A stretch of 60,619 nucleotides of DNA, from positions 5,269,146-5,329,764 of the forward strand of contig MU061579.1 of the NCBI GenBank assembly GCA_013265495.1, written 5' to 3'. Positions 11,701 to 24,200 of this stretch are shown piece after piece. The position numbers and the translations under genes are program-made. Source of the stretch: Vicugna vicugna (taxonomy: Eukaryota). Under the pieces are notes generated by a model. That model searched no databases. It was not told where the DNA came from and saw only the letters and a list, made by a program, of their open reading frames with translations. The stretch's first letter is position 1; each line of letters opens with the position of its first letter.

Positions 11701-13430
11701 GGCTCTATAACAGGCCTGCACTGTCCCACAAGCTTCTTTGCCACTTTGGTTGTAGGACCCAACAGATCCAGCGGTGACTGAAGTGTCAGTGGCAGGTAGG
11801 GAAGCTGTTCGGAGTCTTTGACAGGCCACTGTGAGGAAATAGTAGCACAGGCCCTTAAGATTTGGGAGCAAAGCTCTGTCATCCTCCACAGATAACTACT
11901 CTCCTTTTGAGAAACAGCTTTTCGCCTTTTACAGGACCTTAATAGAGACTGAAGGCATATCCCTGGGTACCAAGTTTTCTTCCAGTCTGAGCTCCTATCA
12001 AGAACTGGGTGTTATCTGACCCACCAGGACATAACGTTGAGCATATACGCCAGCACCCCTCATCAGATGGAAGAGGTATAGATGAGATCAGACTCAAGCA
12101 GGTGCTGAACACAGAAGTAATTTACATTAAGAAGTGGCTCAGATGCCTGTCATCCTCACTCCTGCTGCACTACCTTCCCTCTCCCAGTCTGCAACTATGG
12201 CTTCATATGGTGTTCCCTACAACCAGTTGATGGAAAAGAATAAAAAAACCTCAGGCCTGGTTTACGAATGCTTTTATGTGAATTGTGGGCACCACCTGGA
12301 AATGGACAGCTGCAGCTCTACAGCCACTTTATGGAACATTCCTAAAGAACAGTTGAAAGGGAAAATTCTCTTAATGTGCGGAACTCTAAGGATTACTCCT
12401 GAATGTTCATTTTGCTTGGAAGTAGAAAGCCAGGCATGCAATTATGTACTGATGTGTGGGCTACGGCCAGTGATTTGGTTTGGAAGAAATATATTTGGAA
12501 AATTAGTAACAAGGAGGTCTGCAGAAAAAGTATATGGATGGAGCTCACTGAGTGGGCAAAGGACGTGAAATACATGTGTTCCAGGTGAATACTCACTGAA
12601 CGATGACTCCAGAAAAAAATGATTTTAATAATCAAGTGGATAGGATGATCTGTCCTGTGGATAGCAGTCTCTTTCCTTAGGCACTCTTACCATTGCTGAA
12701 TGAGCTAATGAACTAAGTGCTTATGTTGGAAGTGATGGGAGTTATGCACATATTTAGCAATGTGGGACTTCACTCATCAAGGCCAACCTGACTACAGCCA
12801 CTTTTGAGTACCAGTCTGCCAGCAGCAGAGATTGACACTGAGTCCCTGATATGGTACTGTTCCCAAGGTTTATCAGCCAGCTACCAGGTGGCAAGTTGAT
12901 TACATTGAACTACTTCCATCATGGAAGTGACAGCACTTTGTTCTTGCTGAAATAGACACTTACTCTGGATGTGTACTTTCTTCCCCTTCCTGTAAAACTA
13001 CCACCTTATCGAATGCTTTATCCACTGTCATGGTATTCTGCACAACACTGCTTCTGATCATGGAATTCACTTCACAGTGAATAGTGTCACAGTGGGCCCA
13101 GACTCATGGAATGTGCTGGTCTTACCACGTCCCCTGCCTTTCTGAAGCAGCTGAATCAGTATAATGGTGTAACAGCTTTTGAAGATTCAGTTACACCACC
13201 AAGTGGATAGCAGTGTCTTTCAGGGCTGGGGCAGTGTCCTCCCAGGGGCTATGTATGCTCTAAATCAGTATAGCCACAAGTCATGGGTCCAGAAACCAGG
13301 GGCTGGAATGGGTGTGGCAACATTCATGCTTAATCCTAAGGGTTCACTGGTGAAAAATGTGCTTCCTGTTCCTGAATCCTGTGGTTTACTGACCTGGGGG
13401 TCTTAGTTCTGGAGGGAAGGAGGCTTCTGC
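8800..13430 (+). mobile_element. ERVL (class III, HERVL-like) internal region: decayed gag-pro-pol, no flanking LTR seen
   Basis: Protease LLDIGSD 10588-10608; RT VDYHKLN 11049-11069, PPQGCISSPALCHN, and decayed YIDD (HSTDN) ~11350-11364; integrase WQVDYIELLP 12889-12918 and ASDHGIHFT ~13050. Many stops and frameshifts. Confidence 0.9.
9765..10282 (+). mobile_element. Solo LTR, class II (beta-like/ERV-K type), 518 bp
   Basis: TGTGGGGAG...CCGACA termini; perfect 6-bp TSD GAAGCC (9759-9764, 10283-10288); TATAAA 10122-10127; AATAAA 10140-10145; many intact CpGs. Confidence 0.9.
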
Positions 13431-14019
13431 ACTTTAAATGCATAATTGATATCTGTCTTGGGTACAATTATTTTATTGGAAAATTACATAAATGTATTTA
13501 TTCTCATGGCATGTAAAAAACAGAATCTGTCATAAAGGGTAACACTCAGTGATTATCAGTTTATGAAAAATGTGTGCTTTTTATTTGCAAATATGTATTT
13601 TAATACAGAGGAGTCAAAATGATAGATCTGCTGATTTTAAATGAAATCCTTAGAATAGAATATACACATCATTTAAGATCAAACTTTTCTAATGCAAAAA
13701 GGTTTATAGGTTGATACAAACGTGGGCTAGGAATAGAAGAATCTCTCTTAATTGAAATGAGTGTGATTTCTTCACGTATCAGAACATGTATTAACCACAA
13801 CTTACTGATGCAGGAGCAAGAGTCTAATGTTTCATATTGTGGTTAAATGTTTCTAATTGTTTGGTCATTTGAGACTAACTCCATTTCTCTATGCAGTAAA
13901 TGTATGTAGGATATTCATTTCAGCTATCATGTGGCCAAGTAATAACGCATTTTCAGCAGAATGTGAGTTACTTTGGAGTATCAGGGAAAATGTGTTGTGG
14001 TTTTAAAACATGATTTTTG

Positions 14020-16350
14020 AAGCTGTGGTGAATGGTATATTTAAAATTTTTATTTCTAATGTCTTTGTTGCTGGCAAATACATCACCACATACATATGTG
14101 TATACACACAGGCAACATATTTTGTTATATGTAGATTAATGCATACATTAAATTGAGTATGCATTTCCACATATCCAGGGATCTTACTGTTTAGAATTAT
14201 TAATTCTTACAGTTTTTCCTGTAGATTTTGTTGAATTTACTATGCTAACTGGCGTGATTTCTTCAAATAATGATTTTTTTCATGTGCTTTTCTAGGACCT
14301 CAAATGAAATGCTGAGTAAATGTGATAATTCTAGACTTTAGGGGGAAGCTTTAAATATTTTACTCTTTTGCTGTAGGTTTTCTGTTAGTATTTCTATCTG
14401 ATTGAGAAACCTCTGTCTTCCAAATTCAATAGAAATTCCCATCGTGATGATGTTTAATTTTGTCAAATACTTAGTTTTTTCACTCTATAGACATCTTGTA
14501 TAGGTGAATTATAGATCGCCACGTTAGCACTTGCAGTTCTGAGATAAACACTATTTTCTATTGATGAGTTTTATTTGCTAATATTTTAGTCTATTTCATG
14601 ACAGTGTTGTGTCTGTAGTTTTTGTTACTATAATGTTCTTATCATTTTTATGTTGCAGGATTTTAATCCTTTATTACATGTGTTTTGAAGCATTCTCTTT
14701 TTTGATTGTTTTGTTTGTTTTTGACAGAGTATGTGGTATTTTTGTGTTACTATTTCCATATATTTCTGGGGATAATTAACCAGTCCTTAGAGGCCTAGGA
14801 TTTTATTTTTGAAATGAGTTATAATAACATTAAATTATTTAAATAGATATTATGTATTTCAGATTATCTATTACTCTCATTTTAAAGTTACATTTTTTAA
14901 TGAAAAACACTCATTTAATCAAAATTGTCAAGTTTATGGCTACAAAATTATTTCTTTTATTGTCAATAATATGTAATGTCTTCTTGATCTATAGTAATTC
15001 CCCTGATTTAGTCATCAATTTTAGAAGTTTATCCTCTCTCTCTCTTTCATCAGTGTAGTAGCTAGGACTTAAAAAATTGTCTTCATAGTTTCAAAAAATC
15101 AATTTGTCTTTGTTGATTTTCTCCGTTCTGTATTTTCTATTTTATTTATGTTTGTTTTTATCTTTGTTAGTTTGTTTCTTCTATTTGTTTTTTTACTTTG
15201 CTTTACATTTTCTTGTTTTTTAAGATAGTAACTTATATAACTTATTTTCAACCTTCATTCTTTTCTAATACATGCATTTAAGACTATCACATTTCTTCTA
15301 AGCAGTATTTCAAATGCGATACATATGTGGGCCACATCATCATAATTATTCAGTTCAAAATTTTTTCTTATTTGAGTTTCCTTAAGTTTTAGCCATTCTT
15401 GGATTTTTCTCAGTATGTTTTAGTTGCTGTTTTACAGTTTAATTCTACTGACCAGAAAATATACTTTGAAAGGTTTTAATTCTTTGAAATTTATTGAATC
15501 TTTTTCATAGCTCAGAATAAGGTCAATTTTCAATATTACCTTAACATTTTTTAAATTTTGTTATTGTTAGGTGCCATGTTCTATATATGTCAAATAAGTC
15601 ATTTGTCACTTTTTATTTCCAGCTCTTCCGTATCAAATTGAGTTTTTTCTTCTTCTTTTTTAAATCATCTATTAAGAGATTTGTTTTTAAACCCCCTACT
15701 GTCTTTCTTTAATGCTGTTAATTTCATTAATACATTTTGGAGTAATATTATTGGTTACATTTAAAAATGTGTGAGATGATATCTTCCTAAGAGATTGATT
15801 CCATTGTCATTATGAGACATTCTTTTTTATTCTTAGTAGTGTTTCTTTAAACTTATTCTCACCAATATTATAATAATTCTTCTAGATTTATATTGGTTGT
15901 TGATTGCATGGTAAAATCTTTTGATTTCAAAATTTTATGTCTTATATTTTGATTATATTTTCTGTGAACTTCACATATATAGCTTTAACTTTTAAATTTC
16001 ATCTTATATTTGGATTTTCATTAGAGTAGCTATTCTTGTTCATATTTGTAATTTTCTCGTATATTTGTATTTAAATCTACTGTGTTATCCTTTGTTTTCT
16101 ATTTGGCTCGCTTGTTGAAATTTTATGTTTTATTCTCTCTACTTAACTTATTTTGTAATATATATATATGATTTTATATTTCATCAAAGTTAAAGGGTAC
16201 CAGTGTTTTATTTCTTTTTATGATTACATTTTCAAGCCCCTCTTCCAATTTGTCTCTACTTCTGAAAGAAGTAACATATTCGGTATTAACTGAATTCTCT
16301 CTTAACTCTTTTCTTTAATTGATGTCTCTGTATTTCTGTTTTTTTTTTAA
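14020..16350 (-). mobile_element. Ancient L1 (L1ME-like) ORF2 region
   Basis: Long T-rich tract with antisense L1 ORF2 phrases, e.g. 'ggggaagctttaaatattttact', 'aatcaatttgtctttgttgattttctc'. Confidence 0.7.
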
Positions 16351-16844
16351 TGAGGTAAAATATTGTAAATTTTTATTAATGGCCTCTAAAATGTATTTTT
16401 CAAAAATAATCTCTGGGAAGAATATTAGAATTTGTACAAAATGTGGTTTAGGCTTCAGGTATTCATTTCTTTTGTCTTCATGCACATTTTAAATTGCTTT
16501 AGAGGAGAAATTTTAAAAATGTGTACAAAGTGCATTTAACAAAATATTGGATTAGATAATTTCTTGATTTGACAATATTATGAATTCCACAAAAGAACAA
16601 CAGAGTACAGGGGAGATCATATTTTGGAATAAGATTGATGATTTGTATAGGTTCTCTTAAACTGCACTTAACATGCACCAGCACCCCCTCCCTTACCTCA
16701 GTAAAAATAACTCTTTTCACCATGCTCTGAGCTGCTCCCACCAATTGATTTGAAGGCTTACTGAATGTTGTTTGTACTTGTTCCCAAATATGGTTACACA
16801 CCTTTAACTTTAAATTTTAATTACATATTTTAATAAAATATTTA

Positions 16845-16990
16845 ATGGACAGTTGGAATGAAAGTTTGAAAGGAAATATAATTGTTTCAGTTCAACCTAA
16901 ACTAAATGTTAGGGGAAATTTCAAGACAGCTAAGTTGTTAATAAACATGGTATCAAGTTAAAAGTGGGCCAACACCTATGAAATAAAATC
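16845..16990 (+). mobile_element. Possible Tigger/pogo-like DNA transposon remnant
   Basis: Weak recalled resemblance to the N-terminal coding region of Tigger transposases; no TIRs identified. Confidence 0.25.
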
Positions 16991-19299
16991 CAGAAATAAA
17001 GTAATACAATTTAGATAAATTATTCTGTCTATTATTTTTCATGATTCCTTGCTCTATATTGACTTTTTTGGAGATAAATCTACTACCTGCAATTCTGTTT
17101 GATAAAAATTCAATCTAATAAAAAACAATAATAATTCCTTAGAATACTAGCTTATGGGTTCTGAATTAGCTAGATGTAGAAAATTTCAATTATTTAACAA
17201 AGAAAGAGAGGATATTTAAAACATTTCCCAGTCATTTGCATGGCCTTCAGGTAGAAACTTTCAAATCTTTGATCAGCTAATACAGGGCCAATGAGAACTA
17301 TTATTCTAAAGTTTATCCCACAATAGTGTGTTCACTATTCTTTTGCTTATTGGGTTTTGTAAAATATGTGAACATCAGTCTAAGAAACACTTCCAAATAT
17401 CTGGTTAAATGTTCAGAGAATGCTGTTCCCAATGGGGTGAAGGTTAGGAAAGGGAAGGTGACAAAACACTTTTTAAAGTCTCACTTAAGACTCAGTCTCT
17501 TTCCTCCATTAAAAAAAAAATCTCCTAGTTGCAAATATTCATTCAGTTGTGCCTTTTCTTCTGATATGGGTTGTACATTCTAGCACAAGAATTTCACTCA
17601 AAACAGTATCTAAAGTCACTTCCATCCGAATATTCAGATTGAGGAATGAAGAAGCAGATCTGTAATTCCATTCCTCCTATTGCATAAAAGCAAATGGTTA
17701 TAAAAAAGATACTTCCACTCATCATGCTATAGGGAGATTTGAGTCATTTTGTTATAAATTAACTGGAATTTTGGAGCAGCCCAAACATACACAATCTTTA
17801 CCTTCTGTGCTGATGCATCAGTTTGTAGATAAATTTTCACAGAAGCAAATACAGCTGAAACAGGGTAACTAAACCACCACCAGTCATTCCAGAATTTAGT
17901 TTCTAAAATAAATAGTATCTGGCTCTCTGGAAGTAAGAAGGTACATTTGTACAGGGTCTACATAGCTTTTCAGTGACAACTAACAACTCAAAAGGAAAGC
18001 TAAGAACAGTAGTCCCAAAGTCTTCATCTAATGCCATCACTAACCTGCATTTGCCAGTGTTTGATGTTAATATACTTTAAATTAATTTGAAACTAGTGAA
18101 GTTTCTAGTATCCTTAGGGTCCTGATACCTTCAATATCTCTCTTGAACCTGGCAGCTGCAATTCAATTGACCTTACTTGACATCACTTATGAAAAGCCTT
18201 TGAAGTGCTGCTGCCTTGATTCAGAATGAATCTACTCTGAAGAAAAAAAAAAAAAAAAGAAAAACATATCATTTTTAAAACTTCTTTTTCAATCTGACTT
18301 CATCATTTTCCTTTTTGCTTAAGTCTTCTGAACCATAATTTCTTTTGAGAGGTAAAATACTGTGTGTCCCATTTTTTATAGTACAGTGCATTCACTTTCT
18401 GGAAACTGATGAATTGTAGGGATTATAGACAGTATAATTTCTGTCTACTTCTAATATAGGTATACATATTTAAGCAATGTATATACTTGGTCAGGATCAA
18501 ATTTTAAAAATATGTTAATGCATAGAGCCTGTTGCCTGGTCTGTAGTACAGACTAAACATTATTGAATAAATAGAATGCAGTAGTCTCTTTGCCAACTGT
18601 AAATTCCTCTAATTTGGGGGTCATTACAACATTTTTTTTCTTTCTAGAAAAATATATTTCAGTGAAGTTAGAATGAGCCTCATAATATATTGCTCATTCA
18701 AAAATTACTAAAATAAAAATGAGTAAAACCTCCCACCATCCAAAAATTATGCAATGTAGGGAAGTCCTTTCCCTATAGACATGTGCTAGTATTTTTCAAA
18801 ACAGCAGGTTTGGATCCTCAATAACTTACTTACTTATATTAATTCCATAGGCATAGCCCCACTCCAATGGACAAAGAGTTTATTTTGCTCATCTTCAAAT
18901 GAATCAGAGCTGTAAGTGCCTCAAAATAGAAGCTTAGTAATTTATGAGACATTCCATTTAAATTTAATTTTGGTTGTTTACTTTATAAAATACAAGACAA
19001 GGTTGCTTAAGCCTGGCTTTCCATTATGATTATACTAGATAACATTGAAAGTCTACTAAAGATAATACTAGCATATCTGTGGCTTTAATCAACATACCGT
19101 GGGCTGTTGACTCCATGAACAGGAACAAGTGTATCTGTTTTGGAATAGGTTACTTTCCCAGTCACAGATATTTATATGGAAAGTATGTAAATAGGACTTC
19201 CATTATCAGACCAATGGGAGTGGTAACATATTTTAGTGATTATATATCACCAGTGTTGAAAAGCAAAATGTGTGTGTCTTGCTGTTGTAAAACTTTAAA

Positions 19300-21420
19300 A
19301 TTTTCTTAATCATTTTAACATATAAGTAAGATGTCGTGAGCACATAATATACCCTATTAGCTAATGTTTGTTATGTTATAATCTTGGTAGAAGACCTACC
19401 AATTGTTTTTTTTAAGGTACGTAGATTACCTATATACTTTCTCTCTACCCTCTTCTACCCCACACACAGCCTCCCTCAGCATGAATATCCTGCATCAGAG
19501 TGGTGCATTTATTATAAAGCAATGACCCTGCATTGGTACATCATTATCCCCCAAAGTCCAAAATTTACCTTAGGTTTTTCCACTTGGTGTTGTACATTCT
19601 ATAGATTTTGTGAAATGTATAAAGACATATATCCACCTTTGCAGCAACATATAAATTAGTTTCACTACCCTGAAAATCCATGCTTTATGTATTTATCCTT
19701 CCCTCCCCTAACCCTGGCAACCACTGATCTTTGTCTCCATAGATTTGTTGTTTCCAGAATGTCATATAGTTGGAATTATATAGGAAGTAGACTTTTCAGA
19801 CTGACTTTTTACTTGTTAATATGTATTTATGGTTCCTTCATGTCTATTCATGGCATGACAGCTCATTAATTTTTAGCACTCAATAATATTCCACTGTCTG
19901 GATGTAACAGTTTACTTATCTGTTCACCTGCTGAAGGACATCTTGGTTGCTTCTCGGTTTCAGCAATTATGAATAAACCTGCTATAAAATTATGTGCATG
20001 TTTTTTACTTCCTTTGGGTAAATACCAAGGAGTGCACTTACTGGATCATTTGGTAAGATTATGATTAGTTTTCTAAGAAACTTCCAAACTCTTTTCCAAA
20101 GTGACTGTACAGTTTTACATTCCCACCAGCAATGACTGAATGTTTTTGTTAAACCATATTCTTACCAGCATTTGGTGTTGTCAGTGTTTTGGGTTTTGGC
20201 CATTCTAATAGAGGTGGTATCTCTTGTTTTGATTTGCAATTCCCTAATAACATATGATGTTAAACATCTTTGCATATGCTTGTCATCTATATATCTTCTT
20301 GCTGAAGAGTTAGTTCAGATATTTTGCCCATTTTAAACTAAGTTGCTTGTTTTCTTATTGAGTTTTAAGAATATTTTTGTATATTTTAGGTAACTATTCT
20401 TTATCAGATATGTGTTTTGCAAATATTTTCTCCCAAGTCTGTGGCTTGATATGTAGATTTGCATTGTACTCTTAGGCCTATGATCCATTTTGAGTTAATT
20501 TTTGTACATGGTGTGAAGTCTATGTCTAGATGCTTTTTTTTTTTTTGGCATGTGGAACTATTCAGTTGATCTAGCACCATTGGTTAAAAAGATTATCTTT
20601 GCTCCGTTTTATTACCTTTGCTTCTTTGACAAAGATCAGTTGACTGTATTTATGCGGGGCTACTTCTGGGTTCTCTGTTGTGTTCCTTTAGTAAGTCTTG
20701 ACATTGAGCAGTGTCAGTCTTCAACTTTGTTCTTGTTTAATATTGTGTTGGCTATTCTGGGTCTTTTGTCTCTGTACATAAACTTTAGAATCAGTTTGTA
20801 AATTTCCAGAAAATAATTTTCTGGGATTTTGATTTGGATTGTGTTTAACCTGTAGGTCAGGTTGGGGAGAACTGATTTTGACAATATTGAATCTTCCTGT
20901 TGATGAACATGCACTATTTCCTCATGGATTGAGTTCTTCAAATCCTTTCATAAGAATTGTGTATTTTCTTCATGTATATCTTAATTGCAAATTACACTTA
21001 TTCATTCCTGGTATATAGTAAGGTATATAGCAATTGATTTTTGTTTATTAATGTTATATCCTGCAACCTTACTACAGTTACTTGTGCCTTTCAGGAGTTT
21101 TTGTTGTTGTTGTTGAGTTTTATCAGTTTCTACATAGATAATCATGTCATCTGTGAACAGACAGTAAGACAGTTTATTTTTTCTTTCCAAATCTCTACAT
21201 TTTTACTTCTTTTTCTTGTATTAGTTGTAACTTTTAACACAGTGTTGAAAAAGGAGTGGTAAGAGGAAACTTTCTTGCCTTTTCCTAATTTTAGTGTAGG
21301 AAACTTTGAGTTTCTCACTATGAAGTATGCTAGGTTTAGGCTTTTGTAGATGTTTTGTTATCAGGTTGATTTTGTCCCCTCTATTCCTAGTTTTCTGACA
21401 GTTTTTATTATGAATGAGTA
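19300..21420 (-). mobile_element. L1M (L1MB/MC-like) 3' UTR and distal ORF2
   Basis: Canonical antisense L1 3' text (ccctggcaaccactgatct...tccagaatgtcatatagttggaat); minus ORFs 20714-20941 and 21002-21190 give ORF2 peptides incl. LFTDDMIIY (RT FADD motif). Confidence 0.85.
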
Positions 21421-21623
21421 ATGGAGCCTCCCTGCAACCAAATTTAACTTTATAAGTAATAATCTTATTTAATGTTACTTCACTACATGCTAATGCAACT
21501 TTTATTTTGTGCAAATAATGCAGAAGCAGCCTTATTTTAAGCTAAATCTATCATGAATTTGTTAGTGGGATTTTATGAAATGTTGGCTAATATCTACCTT
21601 AACACTGTATTAGGGTAAACTAC

Positions 21624-22138
21624 TGTGGGAAGTAGAATAATGCCTCAGCTTCCAAAGATATCCATGTCCTAACCCCTGGAGCTTTGAATATGTTACTTTA
21701 TATGGCAAGAAGATTTTTCACATGTGATAAAAGTTAAAGATTTTGTAGTGGTAAGATTATCTTGAATTACCTGGGTGAGCCTAATATAATCACTAACGTA
21801 CTAATAAGAAGGATGCAGGACAGTCAGAATCAGAGTAGAAGATGTAAAAACAGAAACAAAGGATACAAGTACTAAATTTCTGCCTTTGAGGATAGAGGAA
21901 GGAAAGGTGATATGAACCAATGAATCCATGTGACCTGTGGAAGTTAGCAAAGGCAAGGAAACAGATTCTCCCCTACAGACTCCAGAAGGAATGCACAATT
22001 GCTACTGTTTTGGCCTTAAGACCAACAGAATTGTAACGCAATAAATTTGTGTTCTTTAAGTCATTAGGTTTGTGGCAATGTGTCACATTGCCACAAACAC
22101 ATTGTCACAAAAATTTGATGGCAGGAATAGGAAATTTA
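21624..22138 (+). mobile_element. MaLR MLT1 (MLT1D-like) solo LTR
   Basis: TGTGGG...agaataatg...ccaaagatatccatgtcctaacccctgg...aaggcaaggaaacagattctcccctacagactccagaaggaatgc...aataaatttgtgttctttaag. Confidence 0.8.
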
Positions 22139-23724
22139 AATTTAAACCACTTTTCGTTATATTACTGTAAAATTAATTTGGGAAAACCAACTAGTTATTT
22201 GTTTGCCCTATAGAACACTTACATAATTTAAAGCAAATCCTGGCTATTTTTTAAGTTCATCACAAATAATTCCTTTTTATTTAAAGAAATGTGTTCTTTT
22301 TAGCCATCTGTACTTATTAGGCTTCTCTGTACAAAATTAAGCCTTAATATTACATGGCTGCATTCAACAAGTTGAATAGACCAGCTGCTCCACTAGGTTT
22401 GCCAGGAAGTACAATTTTAATTACATTCAACTCAATATTTATCAAAAGTTCGTCCAGCTGAGAAAATACGTGAAACTGTTGGGGAAAAAAAAAAAACAAT
22501 TTATTCCCACTTGTGCTAAAAAGATACCAAGATTCAGTCATATCAGCTGGTATTTGGGTTCTTATAATAGTATAGCTTTTTTCTTCCCGATTCCAGTCAT
22601 CCTTTTCATTGCCTCATAAGTAATTGTCCTTGTTTAATAAAGGCTCTGTTGAGTCATCCTGAATGATGTTAGATCCTGATGGATCAGTTGTTTCTTTTAT
22701 ATTTTGTGGATGTTTTAGACATAAGAGTTCCTTTTTGAGTAATCATTTAAAAGCTTTAGAAAAAGCTTGCATTTAATTTGTGGTAAGAAACAACATCTAA
22801 GTTTGAAATAGTCATTTAATCCTCATTATTAAATCTCAGTTATACTCAGCCCTGTTTTTATATCTTATAAATTATTTTAATTTATTAATTTTAATCACAT
22901 TTTATGTACTCTTTTATAAGCCATATTGAAATATTTAGGGGCATAAATAACTAATTAATTACTCAAGTTAAATTAGTGAAAATACACAATCTCTAACCTA
23001 CATTTTTAAATACTGGCAGTAATAATGAGAAAATACTAGGATTAATTTGTATAGGAAAAATTTTCCAGCATGAGAGTTGAGTTAGGGTTATACTGTCATT
23101 TTTCTTAATGTAAGCATTACTTATTATAATTTCCTTTCAGTTTTTTTTAATAGCTTCACAATTTTTCTTGATTTCCTGATATTCACAGACAGTTGAATGA
23201 GCAATTTCTTTTGGAAACTTACTGACTCCATTAATTGTTATTTTATAATTTGATTTTGCATGTTATATTTTACTGAATCATTTTTCCTTCAAAATAAAAT
23301 TTGAGTTCATGAAGACAAAAGCTCTCTCTATTTACTTCACTTTTTGTTTTACTCTTTCATTATGACTTTCTTGCTTACATTTTTGTTGCTTTCTCTGGGG
23401 GTTGGCACACTTAATAAGCCAGGTCAGGAGAACAGAATCTGCTCTAAACATTCTCAGTGTAAAAGACTTAATATAGGAATTAAAAATTTGATGGCTCTTA
23501 GAAAAGCTGACAGTAGAGTAAAAATCAAAAGAGTGAAAAGATAAAAAGTTGCCAGCTAAGATCAAGAAAGCTCATATTGAAGATGTCCCTTGAAATAACA
23601 ATCTCAAAATCACACTGAAAATGTTCAGAATCTCACTATAATTCAACTAGTGCCCTAACTTGAATATAAGATAGTTGTAGCTGTGAATTTGATTTGTATC
23701 CTAATTTATCCACATGGAGGATCA

Positions 23725-24200
23725 AACTTTAGGGTTTCTGCTCAGCAATCTCAACCAATAAGAAGTGTGTGTGTCTGTGTGTGTCTGTGTGTGTGTCTGT
23801 TATGGGGAGAAGAGAGACAGATAGGGAGAGAGGATGCGAGGGAGAGAGTAAGAAGTTATTTTTTAAAGTTGGTTCATGCAATTGTGGAGGCTTGATAAGT
23901 CCAAAATGTGCAGGATGGGTCAGTAGACTGGAGATGCAGGAAGACTTGAACTTTGAGTCCAAAGGCAGCATGCTGGCAGTATTTCTTCCTTCTCAAAAGA
24001 AAGTCTTTGTTCTGTTAAGGTCTTCAATTCATTGGATGTACCCCACTTGCATTATGGAGGTCACTCTTGATTTCCTCGAAGTTCACCAATACAACTGCTA
24101 ATATCATCCAAAAATATCATCTTCACAGAAACATCCAGAACAATCTTTGATCAAATATCTGGACATTATAGCCCAGCCAAGTTGACACAGCCATACTACA
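23725..24200 (-). mobile_element. MLT2 (ERVL) solo LTR with an internal (TG)n/(GA)n tract
   Basis: 'ttggttcatgcaattgtggaggct...aagtccaaaatgtgcagg...cttcacagaaacatccagaac...cccagccaagttgacaca' typical of MLT2 antisense. Confidence 0.7.

Noticed and set aside
12134..12568. 144-aa ORF
   Set aside because: Part of frameshifted ERVL pol; not an independent gene
17152..17583. Stop-poor + strand frame including the 85-aa ORF
   Set aside because: No recognisable homology or clean exon boundaries; shows that such frames occur by chance here
22354..22461. Bornavirus nucleoprotein-like look of + frame MAAFNKLNRPAAPLG
   Set aside because: Similarity limited to a few residues; the rest of the frame does not match and stops after ~35 codons
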